From Chrysomallon squamiferum (lineage: Eukaryota > Animalia > Mollusca): 64,000 nucleotides of DNA. Numbering within the stretch: the first letter of the stretch is position 1; every line of letters begins with the position of its first letter. The DNA lies in contig CM022665.1 in the NCBI GenBank assembly GCA_012295275.1, forward strand, positions 33,976,001 through 34,040,000, written 5' to 3'. The position numbers and the translations under genes are program-made. This document shows positions 13,600 through 27,640 of this stretch, in pieces. Under the pieces are notes generated by a model. That model did no database searches. It was not told the DNA's origin and saw only the letters and a list, made by a program, of their open reading frames with translations.

Positions 13600-16149
13600 T
13601 TTTTAAGTTTAATTTAATGAAAGTAGATTAAACTGTTTTTGCCAAAGTCTGTGTTACAAAAGTTTTGTGAGATAGTAGGAACAAGAAACTACAGACTTGT
13701 GTCTGATGAAGATTTTAATGTCAAACTTTATGGATGGATAATACATCAAATGCTCCTTTCAGTTGAAGACAATTTTATGAACTTGTACATTAAAAAAGGT
13801 ATTCACCATTAAAAGGAGTGTAGTATTTAATGTAGTATAGTATTTAACACGTGGTATGGTGCATAATTTAGGTATCAGTTACTTATTTCCATAAATGTTA
13901 GATTAGAAAAAAATGTGGGCTTTCTCAAATTTAATCTCAAATGATGAACAGATGAATGAGTAAGGAAATTAAATAATATAAAACCAGACCTATTAAAAAT
14001 AACTGTATTTTTAGCTGTTCAGAAAAAGTATAAATTTTATGTGCATATCTATGTGCAGGAATAGTTAAATAACAGCAAAAATATAATAAAAAAAAAAAAA
14101 AAAAAAAAAAATCCTTTTCTTTTCCAGATAAAACCAAATCTTTTTACAGTAATGTTAAAATTAGAGCTTTTAAAGTTAGTATTATTTTGTCTATAAAAAC
14201 AAATCTTTGATCTCAGAGTAAAAATAACAAACAAACAAAATTTTAAATTAAATTTAAAATAAATAAATAAATATATAAAATAATGAAAACAATCATAATT
14301 TAAATTTATTATTAATTTTTGGACTTTGAGAAAAAAACAAAAAAAACAGTAGCTGAAGCATATTCCAGAAGAAGAAAAAAACAAATAATAATAATAAAAT
14401 AAAATAAACATCCACAAGCAAATCAACCATGAATGTCTACAGTCACATTTAACTGTACAAATATTTTACAAACAGCCTGAAACAATGACCATTCAAAGGT
14501 ATTTAATGAAGCTTCTTCTTTTTTTTCTCTTTTTTTCTTTCAATTCTTGTACTTATATTTATCTAATCAAGTTGTTGTTTCCTGATTATTTGATCAGTTA
14601 TCTATTTTAGTACGTCAAGCAGCGACAAAGTTACCTAAAATATTTGGCGTTCTAATTCCAGAAAATTAAATCAAAATATTGTAGCAAATTGTTTCTGATA
14701 TCCAAGGTTTACACAGGCGCCACGAATTTCTCAAAAAAGATCCCGAACATATTGGAATGATGACATTTTTGTAAGCAAAGTATTAGAAAGATTTAACATA
14801 TAGACCAGAAAGCACAACATTAATATCCAGTACTTTTAGATACGTACAATATTTGCATAGAATATTGCAGAATATGTTGTTATTGTCAGTTACGTTTAAC
14901 GTACGGGGCAGATAACTTTTAATTAATGCCGACTGACGTTAAGGAAAGGAGTCTTTAAGAATTTACAATATGAAAAATATTTTACCCTCTATTCACTCCA
15001 AAAATAAATCTGCATCGTAGGCGTAAAGGGTTTCTATTTTTATGATGGAGAATGCAGGTTGAAATTTATCCGAATTTATAACTGTTAAACAAAAATGCAT
15101 GAATCTCACTAATATTTATTCACATTTGAAAACGATCAAATACAAGCCATTTGGGTTGAAAATGAATATTTTCAAAACTTTTAAAATCACTAGTCCTCTC
15201 ATTGTCATGAAGAATGAATTAAATGCACGGTGAAATAATTTTTTTTAGACTGCATTATTTTACCCGCACATCTTCATTGGTTTTGCAAGATTGCTGTGGA
15301 GGAAAGGATAATTGTTCGGTATCCTTGTTTTAAAAACAAATTAAAAGAAGAAGAAAATAAAATATTAGTAAAAATGCTATCAGTACAAACCAACTATTCA
15401 AAAAAAAAAAAAAAAAAAAAAAAAAAACAGAAATCTACATTGATACCATTTCTACAGATCTATTGAAATATTTGGATAATCTATTAATGTTTGGATAATC
15501 TATTAAATACACTTTTTAAAGACAATATACACCTATGATAAAACAAATACACCCTAAAGTGATAAGAAAATATACATATTAGAACGATAAGGAATCTCTG
15601 TAACATTTATCTGTATATAATGTTCATTGTTGACGTTTTCAAATGAATCTTCCCATTTTTTTTCGTTGGCTGTGACATTTGTCAGACAGTATTGATGATT
15701 CACCAGAAAACAACACAGTATTTAAATATGAAGGCTGTTTCTCTAAATTATAGTAATTTCCTATTCATCTTACACTGTTTGACAGCCTTTGTCAACTTAT
15801 CATTAGTTGGTTATTTGTGGAATTACCTGGTATTTATGACATACCATCGTATATGTAATTTGACCTTGACATTCGTGAAACAAACTGCATAGTCATTGTT
15901 TTTAAAAGTCCAAGAATAGCTATGTTTTTTAAAGACCTTTGGTTGAGTTGTAATAATATTATTATTCATTTTTAAGAAATTACTGTTACCGCCGGATCTG
16001 TTAATATGTAAGGGTTTACTTCAGGAAACTGTCAAACACCACTCCATAATTTTAAATACAAAAGTATGGAATGTCATTGCTGAACATACATTTTAAAGTG
16101 AAATAAAGTTCATAAGGCCTAAAAGGAAGAAATACTGGACAGTTAAAAC

Positions 16150-16181
<32 letters not shown>

Positions 16182-16361
16182 GACGTTTAGTGTGTATTTA
16201 ATATCAATATTTGAGTATTAAAAAAAATCTGCCACAAACAAAAGTTATTTATTTTTCGAATTTTACAATCGGAAATGAAATAAACAGAATCACTCAGAAG
16301 ACAATATAAATTTCAGAATGAAATTTATTTATTTATTTATTTATTTATTTATCTATTTATA

Positions 16362-16408
<47 letters not shown>

Positions 16409-17071
16409 CAAAGAATTGTTATCAGTTGTTTTTTCTCCCGCATATTGTAGACTTTCGTTCTGTATACTACCGCTTCTTTTCAATTCTTCAAACAGTGCCA
16501 AAAGTGTTATTTTCAACCCGAATTGTTAAATCGTTTATTTAAGTTTTTCCTCCTCTCAGAGTTAAATGTTTTTCTGGCTATCGCAGATGTAGATCGCATA
16601 TGTTTCGCATCTTCTGTGGGCAAAATTAATTTAGCTACGTTACTGTTCAGTTTGCAAGACTGGTACATACATTTGCTCCTATCGGTGTCTGCTGCCGGTG
16701 ATCTCAGCGCGCAGCGTAACGTCATCTAAGGCAATTAACCACTTGTTGACGTTAACCGGTGTATGACGGCGACACGTGAAACGGCGCTCAAGTCGGTATG
16801 GTGCCTATTACTGATGCCTATTTGACTGATGTTTTTCTTAATGATGGTTAAATCATTTACTGTTGATTTCCCAGCCTAAAAATCCAGGAAGTACGTCGTG
16901 AGCTGTCACTCAACAAGGGGTCACGCTGATTGTAGCATTCTTACGACATACGATACGTTTTGCACGTGATAATTTTAACGTTGGCCGCCTAAAATCTTGA
17001 AAGGTATGTAATCATTCTTATTAATTTAAAAAATATTTTATATGTGTGTATATATATATTTGTGTCAGACC

Positions 17072-17114
<43 letters not shown>

Positions 17115-17197
17115 CCAATAATAAAAATAATAATGAACTAAGAAAATTTCATTAACGATATCTAATTTTTATCTCTCTCAGATTTGAGGGGCAGATC

Positions 17198-17229
<32 letters not shown>

Positions 17230-17677
17230 GTTGGAAATTTTGATCGCAGGGTTTTACCAGTATGAAAAAGCAGATTTATAAAAATAGTCTTTGTTAGACG
17301 TGTGGTAAATTTAGCCAGCTCCCAACCCTCGTCGACCTTCTGTGTATCCGTGCATGAGATAGGGTAAAATTATAGTTACAGTCATCTTACAAATTATTAT
17401 TATTATTATTACTATGAATTACCGAGTGTTGATATAAAAGGTGAGATAACACTTTTAAACTTTAAATAAAAAATTGGATATGACTAATAAATCAAAAAAT
17501 AATTTTAAAAAAGATCTATATCATCTCTTGAATATTATACCGCTGATAAAGCTTATAATTATATTTCAGATAAACATGAAATAGCAAATAATAAAGATAA
17601 ACATAAAAATAAAAATGTAATTTTAGTATCATTGTATTTAGTTGATATATTTTATATTTACTTTTTAAACAGAGAAC

Positions 17678-17711
<34 letters not shown>

Positions 17712-19673
17712 TTATTATAATAACAATACGTTAGTGTACAAAATTTCAGTATTAGCGAGGTAGGCGCTGCAGTAACTGACAGCCTAAATCCTTCGAGTAA
17801 ACAACAGACATTTTTTTTTTTTTTTTTTTTTTTAAGTGTACAACATCATTCTTTACAGAAGAATATCCACGATAACTACATCAACAGATCACTCAGTTTC
17901 GTCAGGACAGCTTGTACTGTTGAAGTGTAACAGAAAAAGTATGATTGATTGATTATAACCACCAAATCTGAAATATATATTTGGTAGTCATCAAACTCAT
18001 GATCATATCTTTTAAATCACAGTTAGTCTCCTGGTCATTAATCATATACTATAAAGCGAAAATTACAATTAATTATAACACCAAATAATCTTATTCGACC
18101 ATGAAACATCATTCTAAACAGCTTTACAAAAAAAAAAAAAAAAAAAAAAATGAAGAAGAAGAAGACGAGATAAGACTTAAAGTTCATCGAGAACAAGAAA
18201 AATGTAGTCAAGCGATATACCAATGCGTAAGTACGTACGTGATTATATGAAATTACTGAAGTAACGGCTGGTGGTCAAAAATATAAATCAATAGTTGCAA
18301 ATCATTTAAATATTTAAAACAGTTTTATTTATACTAACCTGGATGACACAAAAATAATTACACAGAGTGTCATCCACTGTTGCTACTTTTTATTTATTTA
18401 TAATATTCAAATTCAACACGGAAAGAAAAGCCAAAACTTACATGGGTGCAAAGTATTTAATGTGAGGCTACACAAACTAGCAGAAAAATGTGTGATAGTG
18501 AATTGGCGCGGTGTTTAAGAGCTTGTATTTAGCTGCCACATGGCGGTAAGTTTGAAATGAGGTAATCATTATTCGTTTTCGAACACAGATATGGATGTAA
18601 TAGAAACAATGAACTGGAAACGAGATGCGGATGAAGAAATAACTATGTGTTTTTCTTTCGGGGTGGCGAAACAAAGCAAGTCGCATTATAGTTGAATTTG
18701 ATGCATCCGTTTCCTTTTTGCGCCAACACTTTTTAAATCAGTACACGTAGTGCCGTGTCAGAGCGTTCATTCGTGGAGAAATGGAGACACTTCGTTTCTC
18801 ATCTTGATTCACGTGGAGACCACACAGTAGCAACGCGAAACATGTATCACGAAATGGATAGAAATATACAGGATGTGCACCATCTGAACCATTGTCCAGG
18901 AACAATACAGGTGTTAGAGATTGCAACTATAGATGCAGCCAGTCAACTTTACTACTTTTGAAAGCACATCTCAGAAATGTTTAACTCATAAACACCATGT
19001 ACACATTAAACTAAACACACACACACACAAGCAAACTCATTAACAAACGTTTCCCATCAGTTGTTTCATTATGAGTACTATATCCATGTAAACTTTGATC
19101 GTACCTTTCACTTAAAAATCACAAACAGAATCGTATATGTGATTTTTACATGTCCAGCTAAAGAGAGAGAGAGAGTGTGTGTGTGTGTGTGTGTGTATTA
19201 TTAAACTTCTTTAATTTACTCTGTGTTTGTTTTGAATCAAAATATGCAAATCAGATAATTAATGGGTTTTTTTTTTTGTTCGTTAGGAGGTTTTAGGAGG
19301 GTTTTTTGTTTTGTTTTGGTTTTTTCTTCAGGTTCGCTCTCTCTCTCTCTCTCTCTCTTCAGTCTTCTCCAGACATTCTTTTTTTATTTTATTTTTATTT
19401 TTATTTTTAATTTTTTATTGTTTTCTCTTTTATTCCTGCTCTCAGTTGGGGACATATACAATAATACAGTATATCACAAGTTTTCCTTCAGATATTGTTT
19501 CATCAGTGTTGTTGTTATTAATAATATACTTGATCCTTTCAGTTTAATGAAATCGGTTTTATGTGGAAACAAAATATTAAAAGACAGTATCTAAATGAAA
19601 GAAATCATTTGTGATCAAACATCTCAGATGAGGATTTTCGATTATATATTTAAGTATTTACTCAGTGTTTTCC

Positions 19674-19720
<47 letters not shown>

Positions 19721-20220
19721 ATGTTTAGGTTTTCTTGTTGTTTGATATATATATATTTAGCTATAAGCGAGGGTATAATGATGTTCAAAGTGAAAAGATA
19801 CAAAGGTTTGTTTTTAATCTTTATAAAATCCACAGTTTCCGAAACTGAAAGATTCTGAGAGAGATTCAGTCATACGAAAGCCACTCTCGGGTTTTGCAAT
19901 TATTTCTTTTTTAACCTGTACAGTTTTACGTTTATACTTTCCACCATCATTATCGCTTTCATTTTTTTGTTTTCTTGGGCGTCATATTGGATAGGGGATA
20001 ATAAAAAAATATACACATAAAAGTAGCAACTCTTCAAAAAATGCGAGCGCACAATCTCAGTGCAAAATCTACTGAGCTGCAACTGCGTATCGAAGACTAA
20101 AGGCTCTAATTCATGATATATATTTGCTATAGGGCATACCTATAATCCTTACATTGACCTCGGTTTTGACGTAAGCATCTATTCTTAACTTTACTAGATG
20201 TTGATGTCAAAACCGACGTC

Positions 20221-20280
20221 GCGTCGGTTCGTAATCCGATTTGTTCGTGCTTCGAGGCGTTCGTAACCCGAGGTTCCACT
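20221..20280. mobile_element. Tigger/pogo-type transposon terminus (single end)
   Basis: The reverse complement reads AGTGGAACCTCGGGTTACGAACGCCTCGAAGCACGAACAAATCGGATTACGAACC. This is a CAGTGGAACCTCG-type TIR with three subterminal ACGAAC repeats. Confidence 0.65.
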
Positions 20281-22452
20281 ATTAAACCGTTATTGTCATT
20301 TGGTGGTTATTTATATCAATAAATCGTTAAAAACATGCGCGTGCGTGTGTGCATGTGTATGTGTGTGCGTGTGCGCGCGCGTGCGCGCGCTCAATTATTA
20401 GGCAATTATGGTTATAAATTTCCTTAATTCATCTTTCTCTCTCTCTTTCTCTTTCTCTCTCTTACCCTGTCTATCTTTCTCTCCACACACACCGAAACAT
20501 TATTTCATATACCGAGAGCCAAATTAAAAGGAAGATATCTGTATTTTTCAGTACATGTTTCTGGTAATTAAGTCTGAAGCTTTCGCCTTTGGTGGCTTTC
20601 GAATTTTTAAATTTTGTATACAGAGGCATATGGCAGACAGATCATCCCGGTATCGGACCTTTTACCCATTGTTTTGGAGGAAAAACATCATTTCCTTTAG
20701 AGTTTTTTGTCAATAGAAATGTCTGCCAAGCCAAGCTGACTAAGGTAATGAATAAATCGTATGTTGAGAGTTCTGGACGCATGCATTTCTCATCAACAAT
20801 CCGGTTTTTCAAGTTTTTACCTGGCAACCATCTGTACAGATTGGAAATTATCCAAGTCGTAAGTGGTTTCACATGGCATGTGCAGTGCATGGCGTTATCA
20901 CATCATGTTCCCACCTATTGCTTGTGATGTGAAAGTGGGTATTTTATTTTTTCTTCCGTGATGCCTCACCAAACAGAATAGGAATCTGGGATTTACAGAC
21001 ACTTTGTTGTTCCCTATGTTTATAGACCTCATGTGAATATGACACACACAAGCAATGTGTATCGGTAACTGTAGGATGAGAAACTATATAAACAGGTTTG
21101 CAACTTGCATAATGAATCGACAGCAGAACTGCAGATGAGACGATCGCAATAATCACGGATAAGTAAATGATAACCTTTCCGCTCAACACAGAAAATTATT
21201 AACTTAATTTTGAAGAACCCACAGCGAACATCTTTTAAAGAAATAAAAACTGGATCCTTTGACCTTAACATTATCTTTTACCTGCTAAAACCATTAGAGT
21301 TTTGAAAACATGGCAAGTTCCGCCAGCCAGTAATGTAGAAAGCATCTGTAGGTGTAAGCCCAATCTTTATGCATATTCCAAAAGAAAAATTCAAAAATAG
21401 GCTCATCTCTCACTTCACACGACGAAAACAGTTCTGGGTATGAGCAACGAGAACAGATGCTGAAATCCTTATTCTTTTAACAGACACTTGATTGCAGATC
21501 TCTTTTAAATATGTCTTTGATGTTCCGATGCATTGCATTGCTTTTGCCAGTCTCATCCAAAACTATTTCGTGGAGTCAATTAACTTTGTAATGAAAAGAA
21601 AGAAACTGCGCAGAAACAAAAAGATATATAATAGTGCTATTAAAAACCAGACGTAGAAAAAGAGAGAGAGAGAAAGAAGAGTTAAAAAAGTGCATATGTG
21701 TTTTACTCTTTGAGTGACAGGTGTCAATAATATGTGCACAGATCGGTTGCAGAACATTAACAGGTGGCCGTCACGTGGCACGTCTGGCGCATGCACAGCC
21801 ACCACGTGCTAACAGACGTACCTGTTCGAGGTTCTAATGGTAAACATAGAAAAGACTACTGAGGCCATGAGGTGGACTTGTGTGGTTTCATGTGATGCAG
21901 ATTCCTGTTATCTGGGGTCTCGATATACCCAGGTGGACAATGTAAGCTGTAAATTTGTCAAAGAAGCTCTAAACATCAGAGGATGCCCAGCTATAGCTAT
22001 GTGAGGAATGTCTGCAGTTTAATTATGACGCTTGCAGTATGCAACAGATGTATGTATGCCTGTTTCTAATACATACAAAGGCATCTTCAGATTCAGGGTC
22101 TGGCTTCGTGCTTAGAAAAATATAGAACTAAACTTCATGGCACAAACTGGTTTAGGCTATAAATATACATTGTTTTCAAAATGTTGAAATATGAATACAT
22201 ATGCAGAAACGCACACAGAAAGGAACACACATAAATACACACAAACATACTTTACATGGTTAAATCTAAAAGTAATTTCTAAAGTACAAAAGTGATCCCT
22301 ACTGATTTAATTAATCTTTTGCTTCAGGTGATTATCATTTATTTTCTTATTTTGGGGTTTTGTTGTTTTCCTCACGTTATATCTTACTTACTGATATTAC
22401 TGCTTTTCATTTAATTAGATATTAGGTTGTAATATATTTTTTCCTTATCTTT

Positions 22453-22459
<7 letters not shown>

Positions 22460-22527
<68 letters not shown>
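22460..22527. repeat. (CT)n microsatellite
   Basis: Read directly from the sequence. Confidence 0.97.
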
Positions 22528-22533
<6 letters not shown>

Positions 22534-25500
22534 TGTTTTGATTTTTCGTCAGAAATCATGAAATTACAATTTTTTATATTATTAATTTCCTGAATTACTA
22601 ATTTTAAGTCATATCGCTAGCAATTTTAAACATCAGTTTTAAAGTCTTTATAGCTTTTAACTCTTGTATATCCGCTGAGTATAATCATTATTATTTGTTT
22701 CCTTCTAGCATACTGGTATTACACGTAAGCGATACAGTTCTAGTAATGTTCTTAAATGGACATATTCCACTTTGGTATATTAGCAAATTTTGAAACTGTA
22801 CACAGGCTGATAATCACCAGAGCTACTTATAACAACAAACTTTTACTGTATAAGATTCCTTGATTTATTCTACGTTTTCATTCATTTCCTTTAATCAAAT
22901 ACTGTACGAGATTATGACTGATAATATTTGGCATTCCATTTCGCTAGAAATTTCCCGACAAAAAGATTGCTTTGAGCGGAACTATCCGATTGCAATTACA
23001 CTGTTTCTGTGCACAAAAGCCGCCATTCTTGTTTATAATTGTACGCGTTCCCCTCCGCGTGTACCAGTCAACAATCTACCTCGAAGACCGTGGATTTTAT
23101 CGTCGGGATAAACCATAGATACAATAGTTAAATATTGCTAATTCGCTTGTTTGATAACTTCCTTTTAGCGGCGTTCTGTTATCAACTAATGGTTATGACA
23201 TTATACAGGCCAGACCTTTATCTGGCTCGCTGTAATGGGATTACCATAGGATCTGAAATATCGATTACTAATGAAATATAAATATTTTTCTTTCGGCTTA
23301 AACACTAAATGGAATAACGGCATTATCTGATGATTTGTGATACGGGCCTCTCTGTATAATGTACACACCATGCTTTCTCATGATCATAGAACGAAAACAG
23401 AATTATTTTACAAATATATTTAAAGCAAAAAAACTGAAAGGATGAAAAGAAAATAGGAAAGTTCGCTGTCTTTTATACAATAATAAAAAGCACTTTCATG
23501 CATTTACTTGTGTAGGCATACATATTCGCATAAGTTTTTACTGAGACAGGTGCACCGATTTACCTACCTACTTACATGCATTGTATGTGCCAACATTTAG
23601 AGACAATGCCGTTATCATTAAAATAGGCATTAATCAATTAGCGAACACATAGCACGTACTGACAGCAAGGCGAAACCCATATTTCCGCAAGAAAAACTTG
23701 AAAATGAATGCTGTTTTTCTTCTGTAAATTAAAAATAAACTTAAAGAAGATAACGGGAATATACGTATGCATATCCAGTGTCATATAACTCCAACGTCTG
23801 AAAATAAATTGCACCAAAAACATTTTTTGTTTTCTTTTTAAATTGAAATATGTTATTTATTTAATTACTTAATTAATGATTTATTACCTGTATTATATTT
23901 ATTGTTTATTATTTAATTTTATTTAATTTTTTGTTCTTTAAATATACCAGTAAAAAGTTACCTTGATCATCCAGTCAAAAGGTTCCATCAAGTGACAGTT
24001 TTCTGACAGTTCCCGTACGATGTTCGAACTTTGCTTTGAATCGGGACGATAAATCTTGTATTCGTTTGTGCGTACCCACACTAATTATATTTAGTTTCTT
24101 CACTTATTATTATTATTATAGATAAGGAAAGAATGAAAAAAGAACAAAAAAGAAAGAAACAAGATAAATAGGAACATTATATACAAGAACATGGAACGTC
24201 GTAAAGATATAAACGTGAGGTATTTTAGGAAGACGTTAATGTTGAAAGAAATCCTGATAAAGGTGAAATGTGCTGAGAGTAATTACGTTTCAAGTTACCT
24301 ATTTCCCAGATAATCCTAACAACATAACTGATGACATTTCTGTAAAAGAATTTGCCTCCCTCGTCGTCGACACAATCATACCACGGACGCTCTATGTATA
24401 ATTATAGTCGCTTACGATACTAGTTTGAGAGAAGCACAGCATTTAATAAAATATTAGATAAAATAACACGCAAAATGTGTGTGACAGAGCGTAAAAATAA
24501 TCCTGTGTAATATTTCTTTTATATAAGATTTCCTTGAGTCGTGATCATGTTAACAAAAAGAAAAGGAAAAAATGCGTCAAAATTTATAGCATTTCGTCAC
24601 ACAAACATAAGAAAAAGAGAATCATTAATACTGTATTAGTTTATAAAAGTGTATATTTAACTTTAAGTCGATTTCATCATATTATGAAGAAAAAAAAAAT
24701 ATAATAAATCTTTTATTTATTATTTATTTTTACCACAGTTCAAGTGAAATCCAGAAGAGATTTCATGATCTACTGACAAGCTTTTTTTTTTCTCCTGTTG
24801 TTATCTGAGAAACTTCAAAATAAGTTATAATAAATAAAATGCAAGCAATTAAACGCGAAGAAGATAATGGATTCCAAATTTAGTTAAAATAAGTTAACTA
24901 CGCAGGTAACTAAAGCGCACCTTGCACGTGCGGCTAACGGATTCAAGCTGAGCCGAGATTTTGATAATGTCTGTCTTATAGCTCCTGGAGAGAAGAAGTA
25001 AATAGCCACATCTGGTGGCCTGCGCATGCCAGTCATGGACAGAACTCAGCAGTCGTAATAAAAAGGTAAAAACATGATGAGACAGGTGCACAATTATTTT
25101 GGGCAATTTTCAGCGGAGTACAGTGTATTCACTTCCGGCGAATCACGATCGTCACGGAACCTCCCGAGGCTGTTGTTGAAGCAGAAGATCTAACGATGTG
25201 GAGGTGCTGGACGAAAAGGAAAAATCCGCCAGACAGACGTCTCAATGTTTGTGGAATAAATAGCCTTGTGCGAAGTCAATACGATAGAAAGGGTGGAATA
25301 TTTTTTAAGAGAGCATCCCACCTTGTGTTAGCCTTTATCTTGAAAACTCCACAAACGGGGATTGCGTTTCTTTGTATACATACCGATGATTAAAGTAGAA
25401 AGTATAGTGTAGCAAACATTAAACGTGATACAAATGTTAGGCCACAGGTGTCTGACCTGCAAAGTATCGGCTGCCAAAACACGGCAAACTTCTGTTCAGG

Positions 25501-27507
25501 CTGTAAGATAGTAATAACGAGAAACATAATGCAGTGCAGGCGAGTGGTTAGTTTCATTGTTTTTCAAGATATAATCTGGACAACATAGTATTAAAGTAAG
25601 CATCAAAAATAGATATGGAAACAATAGAAAATAAAACCATTTTAGCTGAAATGTCTTAGTTTTTGTAATGAATCGAAATTAATAATCAATAATCTCTACC
25701 AAGAGCTGCTTAAAGATCAATCACAGCAATGTTTAGTGCAGTTGTAGTGTATGTATTATCAGTACATTTGTTTTTCCCCAAAAAATATGATAGTCTTATT
25801 TTTATTGGTTTTATAGCATATTCCACGAGTGCCACAAATTGTTACACTCCATTTAAATCTAAATGTGATTTCTCATTACGAAATAACAGTTTCACAATAT
25901 CAGCTGTGTAAAAAAAATTATGTTACATAGAGCCTTTTGTTTTCCCTGAGAAATTAAATTTTATATATAAAATCAAATGTAAATTCATAAGGCAGCATCT
26001 TCTTACATTTCAGAAAATGCGATAGTCCATTTAAAGATATACAACTTTTCTCGATATGAAATTTCAGTCTACCGATTTCAGCTCAGTAATATTTTTAAAG
26101 ATCGACATCTTTCATTTCCCGCTTGCTAAGGTCTAGGTTTTGCTGTTATAAAATCTTGCACTATTTGAGAGATGCATTTATCTTGTATATTAGATCAAAC
26201 GTAAGCTGATAATCAAGCCTCTTCTTGTATTTTTATTGCTTCGGGAAACAGTACAATACTGCTTTCAAATTGACATTCTTGACAGCTGGGTTTAGAACTC
26301 TTGAAACAGAATGCATGATACAGTTCTTTCAATCTTTCATCCAAGATTCTGCAATACGATTCTTAAAGAATATTAACGAAATATATAGAGGTAATTGAAA
26401 GGAAAATAGAAGAGAAACTGGATTAATGCAATGTTAAATTAATAATTAAAACTGTATGCCTTTGATCGACAGAAAAATAATAATAATATTAAATATTTTA
26501 TATTACTATGCATCAGACCATTAATTAACAGCCTTTCATTTTTTCCTTATTTTATTTCAACAAATTTTTAATAATCGCAATTCGTAAAGCGATTCTTCGA
26601 ACGTAATATGTAGAAAAAATGCGACCACATACCACTCTCATTTACAATCAAGGAAATACGTAACAAAAATTAACGTGGAGATCGATAGCACTATCCTCCA
26701 TATTTAAATGTTGTAATTATAACAAATACTAATAATTGAAATAAATAAATAAATATTATACGTGTAATAAACTTATATCTGTTTACCTTGGTAATACACT
26801 GATCGTAATCAAACATTAAACAAAATTAGCTTACATTCAGACCAGCTTAATCTAATTCATTCTCTAAATGGAAAGGTACGATAACAAAAATTTGTGCAAT
26901 ACATGTACCATATGCTGTTTTTTTTTCTTCTATGTATTTCATCGCGTTTTTGTTATTGACCTTCGTGACAAAATGAAATAAGGATCTAAGTGGATATTTA
27001 TTTAATGCTATCAGCTAAAGTGCGTATAATGTTTCTGTTTTTACAAGTTCTATCTAACATTCGAGATAACGCGCAGGTGTGTGGTTCTTTTCGCGAATGT
27101 TACGTAGATATTACATGCTCTTTAAGTGATCGTGGTTAACGTAGGAGTATGTCTTTGAGAGAGACTGAGAGAGAAAGAGAGACGATAAGACTAGAGAAGA
27201 GGTATGGAAGGAAAGAGAGGAGGAATGTAATAAGGAAGAGTGAATGAGAAAGATGTGCATTCATGCAGACAAGCAATGACAGTTCTGTATAATACAGAAT
27301 AAGCGTTAATAAAAGATTAATGTGTGAAGGTGTCGTTAAGCACATATTCAGTCATCTGGAAATAACAGAGACAAATTCATATTAACAGTAACTATATTCT
27401 GATATCAAAATATAATGGTCTGTAACAATGATTTTATTGATAATCTTTGAAAAACAAATTGTACTATCGCTTCCTACAGCGTTTAATCAAAAATATTTGT
27501 AGAATGG

Positions 27508-27640
<133 letters not shown>

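Noticed and set aside
17186-17356. Possible hAT-like MITE with GAGGGGCAGATCCA / TGTATCCGTGCATG ends
   Set aside because: Only 8/14 identity between the putative TIRs and no 8-bp TSD.
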